Positions 1-12,595 of a stretch of DNA of 64,000 bases are shown in pieces. Under the pieces are notes generated by a model that was not told the origin of the DNA, did not search any database, and was given only the letters and a program-made list of their open reading frames with translations. The stretch is from Azolla caroliniana. Taxonomy: Eukaryota; Plantae; Polypodiophyta. The translations under genes were made by a program, and so were the position numbers. The first letter of the stretch is position 1. Each line of letters starts with the position of its first letter. The stretch covers positions 17,422,001 through 17,486,000 of the forward strand of contig JBHGNT010000004.1 in NCBI GenBank assembly GCA_043228905.1, written 5' to 3'.

Positions 1-2450
1 GCCTCCGTTTTCTCGGCTTCATCATCTCTGGTGATGGAATCCGTATGGACCCTGCAAAGGTAGCAGCCATCAACGACTACCCTCGCCCCACTTCAGTCAA
101 ATCCTTGCAACGTTTTTTGGGCATGATCACCTTTTCCCTTCGCTTCATCCCAAACCTTGCCTTGGTCACTTTTCCCCTTCGCCAACTCTTGAAGAAAGGC
201 ATGTCATTCAGTTGGGATCCTGCTTGTGAAGATAGCTTTCGTCGCCTTAAAACCATGGTCAAGGAATCGGGGTTGCTCGCCCATCCTAACTTTGACCAAC
301 CGTTCACGTTGCAGACAGACGCATCAAACCAGGGGTTAGGAGCCGTCCTCTTGCAAGCCGATTGCCATGTGCAAGAGAAGGCGATTGCCTTCATTAGTCG
401 AACTCTCACGCCGGCTGAATGCAACTACTCAATCACTGAGAAAGAGCTACTTGCGATTGTCTGGTCTTTCCAACATTTTCATCCATACCTTCATGGTGGA
501 CAGGTTACGGTTGAAACCGACCACCAGCCCTTGCTTTCTCTTATCCATCAACCTCACCCCCTAGGCCGCTTGTTGCGATGGACGCTGGCACTTCAAGATT
601 ATCAGTTTACCCTCTCCTATCGAAAAGGTGCAACCAATTTGGTCACTCATAGTCTCTCTCGCGCCAATTGCCAGGCTGTCCAATTTCTCCTTGAGACATC
701 CGATCTTCCGATACCATTGTCACAACTCGCTATGCTTCAACAACACGACCCCGCCATCCAACAGATAATCCATCAGTTGCGCTCCCTCCAACCGTTTCCC
801 TCACAACGACGGTTCATGCTCCGCGATAACTTGGTATTCTTCATTCAAGCGCATCACGAGCCTCGTCACTACATCCCTCAGGCCCTACAACAAACGTATC
901 TCCAATTTTATCACGACCACCCATTGTCGGGCCACTTGGGTTTTCACAAGGTTCTTGAAAATTTATGTCTCAAGTATTACTGGCCCAACATGAGACACTC
1001 AGTCTCTACCTATATCAAACAATGTGCTTTGTGTCAACGCATCAAACCTAGGGGCAAGCCAGTTGGAACACTCCAACCCATCACCGTCACGTCACCTTTC
1101 GAGCTAGTCAGATGGGATTTCATGGGACCTTTTCCCGAAACCTCTAGGGGCAACAGGTATATCCTTGTCATAACAGAATACCTCACACGATGGGCTGAAA
1201 CTATTGCCATCCCCGACGTCACTGCGCCAACAATTGCCTCCCAACTCTTGCAAAAGGTAATATTTCAACATGGTTGCCCTATCCAAATCTTATCTGATCA
1301 GGGCCGCCAGTTCCATGGGGATGTCCTCAATGTTGTGGCAACTCAACTAGGTGTCCAACAAGTGTTTACAGACCCTTACCATCCTCAAACAAATGGCCTC
1401 ACTGAACGCCTCAACAAGACCCTCAAGCAAGAAATTGCCGCTTACATCGATCCATGCCACAAAACCTGGGATCAAATCTTGCCTTTTGTCACCCATGCCT
1501 ACAATACATCCGTACAAGCGTCGACACGGATCAGCCCTTTTCGAGCACTCTATGGACGCGACCTGCAGCTCCCACCAGAAACGTCCATTGACATCTGTTC
1601 TAAACCTGCCAACATGGATAGTGCTACTTGGGGGCTTTATCTCCAACAAATGGCTCCCCCTCCTTCGACAAGCCAGCTCCCAAAATCTACAAGTCGCACA
1701 ACAACGTCAAAAGCGACACTACGACGTGGGTCAAATCACCCCGACGTATGCTGATGGAACCAAAGTCCTTGTTTACTTCCCGATCCGGCGGTGTGGTCTC
1801 AATGAATCCCTCATGCACTGGTGGATCGGCCCATTCACCGTAATTTGTGCCATCAAGTCCACGACTTACTTACTCCGACGCGATTCCAACAGTCGATTCA
1901 CCTCAGCCCATGTTGCCCGTATCAAGCCATATGCTACCCCAAGCCTATCTTCTAGCACCCCTCCTTTTCTCATAGCGTAACACTCCTTGTTTTTCTGAGG
2001 GGGGAAATGTGGTGTCCCTTTCATGCAAGAGCATGCATTTGAACACACCACTCTTTTAGCCACTCCCGTTTAGCACATCACCCATTTTAGCCCACCATTT
2101 TAGCACACCATTTTGGGACACGTGTAGCTAGGCCGTCCCAAAATGGGTCCTTTGTATCTTCTATATATTGAATGATAAGTATGAAGCTAGCTAGGCTGGT
2201 TTGGTTTCCTTTTATGTGCATTTCACAATATGTAACATTACGGAACATTGTCACCTCGCACAACGTTATCGACAATTAGTTTCTCGTTCTTCTTGTTAAT
2301 ATACCTACCTACGTTCTTCTTTTGATTTCCCTCTTCTTCTCTTAATCCCTTCTTTTGATTCGATCTTGTTCTTGGTTACTACCCTTATTATTACCCTTAT
2401 TCTTCAGTTTTATTTCTCAAGGTACATCTTGCCCAATCTTCCTATCATCA
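1..2450 (+). mobile_element. 3' part of a Ty3/gypsy LTR retrotransposon (RT end, RNase H, integrase, PPT, 3' LTR)
   Basis: RNase H (QTDAS..GLGAVL, NYSITEKELLAI), HHCC zinc finger (HDHPLSGHLG...CALCQ) and integrase core (WDFMGPF, ILSDQG, YHPQTNGLTER). PPT GAGGGGGGAAA at 1997-2007 is followed by TG at 2008. The LTR right end (~2450, TCATCA) is approximate. Confidence 0.9.
45..1980 (+). pseudogene. gypsy pol (RNase H + integrase) with a frameshift near 1650-1660; frame open from the window edge
   Basis: ORF 45-1754 carries RH/INT. The integrase tail (GPFTVI...HVARIKPY) continues in ORF 1351-1980 in another frame. No chromodomain. Confidence 0.85.
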
Positions 2451-2540
2451 TTGGCAGCTATGGACTAAACAAGAATATACATGCATTTTTACAAATCTAG
2501 AATGCTTAATAACAAAGTACATGGCACTAGAGTAAGAGAA

Positions 2541-2981
2541 TCAAAGTTTTCTTAGGGATTCACAACAAGTTAATGTTGAGAAACCTTGCCAGCTTGAAGT
2601 GGCATTAGTAACTTTAGCACAAAGTTCCCCAAAAGAGCCCAAACGAAACATAAGTGTCCTAACCAAGTTTGATGGTATATTTACATTACAAATTTGAGAC
2701 TTTCTTGAATCGAGTGCATTTAGTATTGCAAATACATCACACCCAAGATCCAAATAATGTCGCATGAGTAGGGTTGGATGTGACTTTATAGATTGGTACA
2801 ACACTAGCTTGATTTGTGTCTTTACTAAATAAAGAAAATGTCTCCTATAATGGAGAATTTTGATGGGTTCCCTAGGTTTCACATTTGTTTTGGAGATGAA
2901 GATAGTGTGAGAACCCATTATCAATAAGATTCCAATGTTACAACTTACAACAAGGAGATCACCTAACCTTCTCTTATGCAA
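2541..2981 (-). mobile_element. possible degraded LINE 3' fragment
   Basis: The translation HYLDLG...LVRTLMFRLGS resembles the C-terminal R..L..FRL.SH motif of non-LTR retrotransposon ORF2; heavily decayed. Confidence 0.3.
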
Positions 2982-3376
2982 TTGTTAAGGGAAATAATGT
3001 CATGTTCTTTACTTTTAATTACCCTACAAGGCTTAGCATTTTCAATCCAAAATATTGGTCGTAGGACAAATGCATATAAGAAACATGTTTGTGGGGAATT
3101 GCCCTTTATTAGGTAAAAATGGTTAATGGCTAATGGGATCATATGTGAAAGGAACCCTTTAGGGTTTCCAACTTTTATAAATGGGCAAGAGCTCTCATGT
3201 AAAAGGGCCCTTTGGGTGCTCCAACTTTAGAGCTCCCTTTTTTATCCTCATTCTCTCCACTTTGCATGCACTAAAAGCCACGTTCATCTATGTAACTTTT
3301 CCTTAATTATATTGTATATAATGTTTCTTGAAAGCCATATATTGTTTATGCATTCATATGTTTTTGTATGCAAACA

Positions 3377-3411
<35 letters not shown>

Positions 3412-3421
3412 ATTCAATGAT

Positions 3422-3628
3422 TATTTCTTAGGCCGTGTTATAAATGCCTTGGTTAAACCAATGGATGGTAAGGGTAACATTCATGCATCTAACTATAGAC
3501 AAATTGAGTCTCCCTCTCCTGAAATTATCTCCAGATTTTCTGTGTACAAACCCCCACAAATAGGTCTCATCTCAATCGATTCAATGATCCTCGTGGGTCA
3601 AGGTCAACAAAAATTAATCATTGGGGAT
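3422..3628 (+). pseudogene. atpA: nuclear plastid DNA (NUPT): decayed fragment of ATP synthase CF1 alpha subunit
   Basis: [68 protein letters not shown] is colinear with plastid Atp[69 protein letters not shown]. No start or end of the gene; abuts a (CA)n tract. Confidence 0.85.
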
Positions 3629-3769
3629 TCCAATTAATCTACTCCAATCTCTTTTTTATCGTAATTAGCTTGTTACACTATTAGCACTACGTGCTAGTTT
3701 CAAAACCCGATTTTCTCACCTCTCTGTTACTCTATACATATCTCTTACTTTAAGAGATGTCATTGTAGA

Positions 3770-3838
3770 ATATAGGCGTTGAACCCATGACCTCCTAGTC
3801 TTCATTCAACAACCTTACCAACGGAGCTACATCCATCC
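3770..3838 (-). mobile_element. tRNA-derived (SINE-head-like) sequence
   Basis: Minus strand GGATG-TAGCTCCGTTGG-TAAGG...GAGGTCAT-GGGTTCAACGCC: Pol III A-box and B-box at tRNA-like spacing, with no full cloverleaf. Confidence 0.4.
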
Positions 3839-6221
3839 GGACTCCCTCTCTGTGTGCAATAATTTCAACTGGTTAAACCGAATATATAGTTGATATTAAG
3901 TGAAGGATATTAAATTTGACATGTCTATATAATGATCATTCACGTTCTAGATTTGGAATAAATATTCCCGAAATTGAAGTCAAATCCGACCATCTCATTA
4001 TTGGTGTGGATATTTATGTCAACAAAAGAGTCATCCCTAGAGTCCCAAATTTCACTTTCAACACCCTCCAAATATCTTTTTAAATTCAATCCATATACTT
4101 CGTCTTACTTTGAACTCCAATATCAACATTCAATTTGTATCAAACAAATCAAGCTATATTCGATTATCCTAATGTAGCACCATCTCGGAATCAAAGCTTC
4201 ACAATTCTTTATGACATAACCGCCATCATCAAGCCATCACGATTTTTATATTCTCTTTTGCAAACAAACCATTCAAATATGAGTTTATTTTCTGCAATGT
4301 ACAAACTCTCAATCGTAGTTAATGTCATCTAGAGGAGCATGGCATAAAGCTAGATCTTGATATAGACATGTTTATGAGGGTGGCCATTAATCTGATCCGA
4401 TACCTAGACAAAATGCAAAAGTTAGTTTAAATATTATTGCATCACATCTCCATCTCAAGTCTTGATATAGTATTATATAATTATACATTCTTATTTTTTG
4501 CAAGAGATAAGATTCCCCATCTTCTACCTCATATTGTGAACTCATTTAATGATTTTACACGATAAAGTAATATCATAATCGGAGGAGCAATTATCCTAAG
4601 AAGATCTTTACATCGTGTTAACTTCAAGTGCATAATTTACCCTTTACATAGGTAGCTTCAAGGAAAGATCAACAACAATATTTGGAAGATAACAAACCAT
4701 GTTAGAATTTGCACAATCCTTTAACAAATTTCATGTGGGATAGAGGGTTTCATCGTAACTTTCAAATTCGCATAATAAATCGAGGAACTGTCCAAACATC
4801 GATTGCAAAGGAAAAGTATGGTAATCCGATGGGGACTATTAGTTGCGTGTTTTTCAAGGGAGTGGTTACTTATGAAACGTAATTTATTTTTGTACATTTT
4901 CAAAAATTTGCAAGTAAGGAGAGATATGTTAGAGATTATTTCTAATGTAAGCATAAGACAAGGAAATAGATAATAGATAGTAAAGAGAAAGAGAAAGAAA
5001 GGTGTTGATCCACTCGATCACCCCCGGGCGATGGGATTGAGATGGACCTGAGCCTTGAACAGTGTCTCATACCACAACCATGGCATTGAATCATACATGG
5101 TATTGGCGCATGCTCACTACAAGGGTATGTTCACCACAAGATAACAATCTCGATGTAGTCGAATAAACTACCATGGGATAAATTATGGTCATGCTCGTAC
5201 ATACTCCCCCTCTTTAAACATTGCACACTTGCAATGAAAAGTTAGCGAAGTTAGTTTTCTCATTCATGTATAACATATTTTATAGACGTATCTATCCATT
5301 TAAGTTTAAATTCTTGGATTGTTTTAGAACGCAAATGTTTTGTTTTAACATCGAGAATTTTCTCTTATACATGTGGTTTAGAAGCTAAACCTTCAAAAGT
5401 AACCAAGATTCAGTTGTAACTATATTATCGCCAACACCAAGAAGTTCATTTAGATGACTTACATGAAAAACTAGATGGATTCTAACACCATCAAAGAAAA
5501 GCGAGACGATAGGCTGATAAACCAATGCGTTTGAGGAATATGAAAGGTTCTCAAAACCATGAGGCTAACTTAATGCACTTACCTATAGTTTTTTTGTTTA
5601 GAATCTTGACGCACACATTCTATACTCAAACCATTTATGTAAAGAACCAATTTGAAGCATCTTAATATACAATATTGCTTTTTAAGGCAAAAGGTGGAAG
5701 ACTTGACAATTGGATCAATTATGTCAATTGTCAATTTTCTAAACAAATTCACAATCCAACACTATTGTTGCCCAGTTAATGGCATGATGTTGTAATTTTA
5801 GAAAAGACTGATTATTAAATAAACATAAAACATAGCAATAGTAAGGAGATAGGAAAGCCACATTCACATGGTTGTAACCTACCCAACCCTTTTTATCTCT
5901 CTTTCGCCATAAATATGAAACTTATGTTGTATTATCTTAAAAAGAGTGTAATTAGGCTGGTTTGTAGTACATAATTCCTCAATATTCATTAAATTGTAAC
6001 ATAGCCCAAAAATTCAAATTAGTAAAACAACATAAAGGTTCAATCTATATTATGCATGATGCTTTTTGCCTCGCCTTTGTGATAATTTATATTAATGACA
6101 ATATGAATCTCATTCATATAGGATTGTCATGTGTTTTGCCTAACTATTGTTAATGACAACTTAAATATATCGAGATGATTTTGTAGATGTACTCTTATGT
6201 ATATAAAAATAAATTATGCAT

Positions 6222-6223
<2 letters not shown>

Positions 6224-6276
<53 letters not shown>
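6224..6276. repeat. (GA)n microsatellite
   Basis: Uninterrupted AG dinucleotide run. Confidence 0.95.
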
Positions 6277-6280
<4 letters not shown>

Positions 6281-6599
6281 ATGGGGGTGTTTCATCAAAT
6301 AGGGCATTACAACAAATTTTTTTCTTTTAAGAATACCGCAATTAGCCATATTAAACAAATGTCACATGTCATTCATTTAAAATTCAAAGAATACCACCTG
6401 TCAAATAATCATAACGAAGAATAATTTAATATCTACATTAAGACCAAAACCGGGTGTGACAACGCATTATAATTTATGACCTCAAATAGAGAGTGAGAGT
6501 TTCCTAATGGTCATACTCAACTGAAATGCCCGAAGTCATGAATCGTGATTCCTTGGCTCTCACATAGAAGAAGAGAATTGATAACCAAAAAATGTTTTA

Positions 6600-7900
6600 A
6601 CTTGTTGACACCGCTAAGAGCAATTGGCACTGGAATCTTATTCAAACTACCACACTTTCTTGCACCTTTATAACATTACCATGAACAATAACACAACTAC
6701 CTCGCATGTGTAAGGTAAGCCATCTTGGAAGCAATAGAACCAAATATCTCAAGTTGAGAGAATAAAATTAATATGAACACAAAAAAGAAATGAAAAGCAG
6801 ATTCTCCAAATGTTTAGTGATGGCCATATAGAACAGATTTTGACTTGGCAATAAAGACTTCGCTTACCAATCTCTCTAAAATTTCCCCACGATGTTCTTG
6901 AAGTTCTTGAATTCCTCAAGATTTAACCCAAAGAGAAGCATATATGATTGTCAAAATTCCAACTCAAAAGAAACACTTATGTGGGTTAGAAATAGAAGTA
7001 CCTAGACATTCTTTTGTGCATGGTCGACACACTTGTTGCTATATACAAGAGAAGGCTATTATTGTAGTGGATTAGAAGTACATGGCGTGTAAGTATTTTG
7101 TGCACTCTCAACCATGTCTAGCTACTCATGCCTCTTTTTTTTTCCCAAAAAGCTACTCATGTCTTTTTAGTTTTCTCCCAAAGATAGATGTCCTAATAAG
7201 CCCACTTTTTGGTGAATTAAAAGATAGTTCTTCATGATTCATGGCTTCAATAAAACATTCTCTCTAGACCGGTGGTGTCTTCATTGCCTACATCTGCTCT
7301 TAATGTTTTTGATTGAGACATCCTATCTTAATGTTTTTTGTCCGAGATATCTAATGTATGTTTTTGATTGAGACAACCTCTCTATACTGTTTTCGACTGA
7401 GATAATCATAACTAAAAGTGTCCTTATATTGATACCTTTTACCCCACATTCACAAGACTGTAAATGTTTGGAAATGTTTTCCTTGAAATAGAAAAACACT
7501 TGTGGATACCCCTTGGCAAGGTCATAACTCCTAAAGTATCTCAAATAATGGAGCTCATGTAGATACAACATATAAACTAAAATGGCATCCAAATCTTGCT
7601 GATATGAAAGGATGGCAAATTTGAGTTTTGAGCCCACCTATTATAATAGACAGGAGTGAATTCCTTGACATCTCATTTTGAAGTAGCCTCACTTTAAAAG
7701 TAAGGATCTGATACTTCCGCGTTTGTTGGAGCAAGAAAGGTTACAAAGTAGGATTTATCCATGAATGACTTCTAATGTACTCAAACGGGTTCCCACTTAC
7801 AAAAATGTAAAGCAAAGAAAAGCATGAGTTAAGATTTATCAATTTCTAAGACATACCTTCATGATTTTAGAGACTTTACTCAACTGCTTCCATTTACGAA
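6600..7900 (-). mobile_element. highly degraded L1-like LINE RT remnant
   Basis: Decayed motif traces on the minus strand in the expected order: SYQQDLDA (~D..KA.D), KGYPQ (~QGCPL), CLGTS (~YLG.P). Many stops; boundaries approximate. Confidence 0.35.
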
Positions 7901-8529
7901 AGTCAACCAAGTGCTATTTTGCTTAACTACGGGGTCCCATTAGATACGTGTGTGCCCGTCTTAGCATCGACAAATCAAAGAAATACTATAATGTTTTCAT
8001 AAGATGAAGCTTAACGCTGCATTACAAATCTTCACTTCAGAATAGATGTTAAGTGCATAAAACTTAACATTTTTCTTATTTGCAACCGAAACTAACTACT
8101 ATACCAACAACCTGGCTACAACTGAATATGTCACATTTTTCCATCCAAAAGAAATCTAACAACTAATGCGAATATTTCAGCTGTCGGGGAAGCACAAAAT
8201 AATGCAATCAATAAACTTCAAAATTTGAAGAATTCTCCACTTCAATTTTCCTTTTTTTTGCTCGTTTTCTTTAAAGTTAAGCATGGATTTGAGCTCAAAT
8301 GAGTTTTTTTTTCAGTTTCTTCAAAATGAGCAATTTATATACAGCCCATTGACTTCCATGGGCTCTTTCTTCTTTCCAAGGTTATATGAGTATATACAAT
8401 GGATGAGGAGAGACCAAAGAATCAAGAACGGAAGAATGCTAGACATTTATCAGATACATGGCAAATGATGAAATGATGGCCACATTATTCTTGTATAGAG
8501 ACAGGCCTTGAAGAAATAATCTTTCAACC

Positions 8530-8990
8530 AATGCTCGCATACTTGTTTGTACACAGAGTTTCCAGTCTCGAAGAGCCGAGGATGCATGTATAGAGAAATT
8601 TTCTGGCTTCGATGTAAATTTTGTCCACGGAAGGAATGCACACATACTCCTCCCAGAAAGACTTCTTCTTCTGGACTCAAAGATTTGAAGATGCAGAATT
8701 TTTACTAAGAAATGCCCACATACTTGTATAGAGATTTTCTCTGGCCTCAAAGATACTAGTTATTGACCATAGACACAATTGGACACATACTTGTGCAGAA
8801 ACTTTTCTGGGTTCAAAGACCTGAAGATGACAAATTTTTGCTAAAGACGGAATGCCCACATACTTCTACGAAGATTCTTCCAGAATCAAAAGATGTGAAA
8901 TCTTGACCAGAGAATGAATGCCCACATACTTGCCTAGAAACATTTACATACTTGCATATAGAGATGTTTTCCAGCCTCAGAGATGCAAAG
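8530..8990. repeat. degenerate minisatellite (units roughly 60-100 bp) just 3' of the GT29 gene
   Basis: Recurrent core AATGCCCACATACTTG...AGA(G/A)ATTTTCTCTGG..TCAAAGA near 8530, 8635, 8711, 8780, 8851, 8917 and 8945. Confidence 0.7.
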
Positions 8991-9059
8991 TCTCGATCTG
9001 ATACGGGCATCCTTGATTAATTAATTCTTCACTTGATCCATTTTCTTTTCATTCAAAAT

Positions 9060-10541
9060 TCACCAATAAATCTCTAGTGGAGGGATAGACAAACCGGCCT
9101 CATCGAGGAACGGTACAAGCTGAGGGTTCCTAGTTGCCAAATCCTTATAGAATTCATATTCTGCAAAGTAATCATGGAGATGAAGCTCTTCCTTTTGCAA
9201 GCTATGATAGTGATGCCGAGCTGCCGGAGACTTTCCGAACCCGAAAACACTCACTTTTTCACATATCCCAATAGCTAACAACACGGCTTGCATTCCTGAA
9301 GAATAATGGAAAAGAGCTCCTTCATGTGCATTGACCCAATCTGAGAGATCTCTCCCAGGAAACCTCTCTAAGAAGAGCTTAAGAGAGTAATATTTCACTA
9401 TCCGAGAGCACAATGTATCGAACCGAGCATCGGTAACTATAATCGGGGCTTCCTTCATGAGCTTCGAGCTACATACTGCCACATCCATGAAATGAACAAC
9501 TTGGCATATATACATGACCAATGGAACCTCATTACCATAAGGATGGCAAAAACAGTTTGCTCTTCTCTCACACATGTGAAGTATATTGCTATTAACAAAA
9601 GAGATGGTCGTCTTATAACCCACGTGAGGCTCAAATCCTTTGATTCTCGCGTTATTGAGACGAAGAACCATATCATGACTGTCTATGAGAGATCCATAGC
9701 TTTGATTAAGCAAGATTCCGCTATTTCCAACCACAGCACAAGAAGGATAAGGCTTCCCAAACCTGATATTGTGGTGAATATAATCAATGCTGCTTGCATT
9801 CTTCTTCATCCAAGCTTCCATGGCCGCTCGATCTATGGGCTCTTTTACAAGATGAAGTAGCTCTTTCATTATAAGGTGTGGCTCTTCATGTCCTAACTTC
9901 TTCTTATTAGAGACCCATTCTTGCAGAAGGCGGCGAAACTCCAACCAATAAGGTTCAAATCTTGGACTCAAAAGTTGAAGAGGAAGGTGATTATAAATCT
10001 TGCGTTCTAATCTCTCTCTCCTGTAATTGTTAATATAACCGTCTCTACGTCTTTCTCTTGCATCTTTAGAAGGATGATAGTTGGCCTTATATCTGTGAGA
10101 ATTATAGTCATCGAAATTGAGATCTAACCTATCAGAAGAAGAAGAAGAAGAAGATAACCTTTTTGATAATGACCTCCATGATTCGTCTAAGATCTTATCG
10201 ATCTGTTTCTGTTCTTCTGGAGCTGATAAGTCGCGCTTGGCTAAGGCGAGTAGAGTGCTGTTGAAGTTTCTTCTGTGAAGAAAATCGAGTACCGGGAAAG
10301 AGAGAGCGTCGCTAGGGTTGAGTAAGAAAGAATGTTTAACCTGCAGGGAAGAAGGATGGAAGAAGAAGGGATTGGAGGTATAATTGGTGGAGAGGATAAT
10401 GAGAGAAAGAGGGAGGAGGAAGAGAGCTATGGCGAAGAAGAGAATCTTGGCTGTGAGGAAAGGGGAGGGCCATTTATGGGGGTGGGAGCGAGGTGGAGCG
10501 ATGACGGGCTGGTGAGCGTTGCCTACAGGATGGTCCGCCAT
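9060..10541 (-). CDS. GALT29A: Glycosyltransferase family 29 sialyltransferase-like protein, GALT29A-type (type II Golgi membrane protein), 493 aa, intronless
   Basis: First ATG at 10541 (MADHP...); the ORF-track start at 10679 is GTG within a GAA/TTC-repeat leader. N-terminal TM (ILFFAIALFLLPLSLIIL), sialylmotif L (CAVVGNSGILL...IDSHDMVLRLNNA...VGYKT), NSNILHMC..R..CFCHPYG, motif S (SSGMQAV...GICEKVSVFGF), HHY, and VS (HDYFAEY). Confidence 0.92.
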   Translation of the reverse strand: MADHPVGNAHQPVIAPPRSHPHKWPSPFLTAKILFFAIALFLLPLSLIILSTNYTSNPFFFHPSSLQVKHSFLLNPSDALSFPVLDFLHRRNFNSTLLALAKRDLSAPEEQKQIDKILDESWRSLSKRLSSSSSSSDRLDLNFDDYNSHRYKANYHPSKDARERRRDGYINNYRRERLERKIYNHLPLQLLSPRFEPYWLEFRRLLQEWVSNKKKLGHEEPHLIMKELLHLVKEPIDRAAMEAWMKKNASSIDYIHHNIRFGKPYPSCAVVGNSGILLNQSYGSLIDSHDMVLRLNNARIKGFEPHVGYKTTISFVNSNILHMCERRANCFCHPYGNEVPLVMYICQVVHFMDVAVCSSKLMKEAPIIVTDARFDTLCSRIVKYYSLKLFLERFPGRDLSDWVNAHEGALFHYSSGMQAVLLAIGICEKVSVFGFGKSPAARHHYHSLQKEELHLHDYFAEYEFYKDLATRNPQLVPFLDEAGLSIPPLEIYW

Positions 10542-10708
10542 GGAAGCTGCAGGGAAAGGATTAGGAAGCAGAGACACAGACGCAGACAGAGAGAAGAAGA
10601 AGAAGAAGAAGAAGAAGAAGAAAACGAAGAAGAAATCATTAGAAATCCTTTCTTCAAGCTGCTGACTGGGAATGGACACCTCAGCCTACCAGCTGGCGGC
10701 CAGGAGGG

Positions 10709-10836
10709 CCACGTCGGCTCGTTAAAGCTGACATGGCACCCTCCAGGGCGGGGCCGGGCACGTGCTGAGTTGGCAAGGAAGACCAGGAGGACAGCTATGA
10801 TTAGATAGATTAGCAAGCAGCATGTGACTCACGTGG
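10709..10836. promoter_or_regulatory. G-box/ABRE-like cluster upstream of the GT29 gene
   Basis: CCACGTCG (10709), CACGTG (10759) and CACGTGG (10830) in a GC-rich proximal region 170-300 bp upstream of the ATG. Confidence 0.45.
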
Positions 10837-12595
10837 ACACTCACTTGACTTGACTTGACTGACACGATACACACACACATTTACATATGTATCTGCACGT
10901 TTTTTCTTGCTGAAAAAAAGCATACAGGGAGGGAGATATAAAGAGAAGCCGGACGGCACACCGGACCCTACCCGCATGGGGGGGCAAGACACAAGTGTCC
11001 AATGGGCGGACCCCCCCCCCCCCGTTTAGACAAAAGGTGGCCCGACACCCTCTCGGGATACCAACAACCACACTCGAGATAAGGCTCCCTGAATCACAAT
11101 ATACAACTCGAAAATTAACCCTGGATATCTGCGCGTATGTATGTACCCGGTTCGCATGAACACACACTTCCTCTCTTGTCCCCTTTTTGCATCTGGATGT
11201 AATTTTTGGTTTGGTTGGAGACTTGGATGCTTTTCTTGAGAACTAGTTTGTGACTTGTCGATTGCCCCAAAATGCAAGTTTGTCACATTAAGATACATGC
11301 TTTTGTGATTATGTTTGAAATTGCTTTTACTTTCCAAGCTTTCTGTTATGTTCAAAATCTTGCAAAAAATATCCCCTTGGTTTACGGTTCAGTTTTGGTG
11401 ATCAACACAATTTTTTTTTCAAAGGAGCTAGGGCATGCAACTCAACATGTCTATTCTCCATACAAAGGAGAAATTTGGCGATCATCTAGAAGTCATTCAA
11501 CTAGGAATGGAAACTTGACATTCGAATTCCAAGTTTGCTAATGTTTTGAAATCTTACAGCCAAGTGTTATTCGCTAGGTGTAGCTTGTTCTTACTCATGC
11601 ACATGTTCGTTGTCGCTTATACCTGTAGTGATTTATGTATGTTACTTTATGACCAACCTCTTTTTTTAACAGGTTCATTGATTGTTTAGTTCCTTGAGGT
11701 TTTATCAAACATATTCACACTCATATCAATGTTGATGCACGTTTCTAGGAGAATAAATGTGTATAGAATAGTTATTTTGACCAGGCTTTGGTCTCTTGGC
11801 AAGAACCAAGTTTAGATTCTAAATAACTTGATATATGCCGACTTTACATTATTTGTTGTCATACTTTATAGTGTTTTCTTATGTGGCCAACATATGATGG
11901 CTTCCACGTAATTTTTTATGCATTTTACATGGATATTATTCATACTAAAGTTAGAGAATTGGGCATGAACATATTAGGTTCCTTCCACATCCAGTTCTAG
12001 AAGTAAAGGCAAAAGGTTTGGCCACGTCATTGATTATTAGAGCATACATACTATTGACTCACAAGCAAAATGATAAATCAACTCCTTGGAGAAATGATGA
12101 TAAATCCTATCGAGCTCTTCGTTTGTCGACGTATTAAAATCATATTAGAATCCAATTGAATTGACGTGCTAAAATACTAATAAAATTCATGATGGTTGTG
12201 CCAAAGGTTCCAAGAGTGGCTTATTTGGAATTTTTCTTAAAAGCTGGCAATTTAATCATGATTGTTTTGATTTATTTATTCTCTTAAATTGCAGAACTTG
12301 CTATGAAAAAACTTAAAATTTGGTGTCTAATATCTTAGATAAAACACTCATATTTTTATGTGGCCTACATTATGAGTTGCTAAGCATGTTTTGCCTACTT
12401 TCTATTCACTAGTTGACGATTGAATCTTCTTCAAAATTGAAAATATGGGTGTTGAAGATATTGTTGGAAGCTAGTGCATTGAGCTTTTGCAATAATAACT
12501 AATGTTAGTGTATTCAATAGTAGAGGATATTATTAAATTCAAAAAGCAAAAAACTGATGAATGCATTTGGTCGTATGCTATAAAGTATTAAATCA

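Noticed and set aside
3900-4950. GNPMGT-like string suggesting a Penelope-type RT, plus short ORFs
   Set aside because: A single short motif without supporting RT motifs in frame.
10542-10679. 46-aa N-terminal extension of the GT29 ORF (poly-Phe)
   Set aside because: Starts at GTG and translates a (TTC)n leader microsatellite; the ATG at 10541 gives a normal type II topology.
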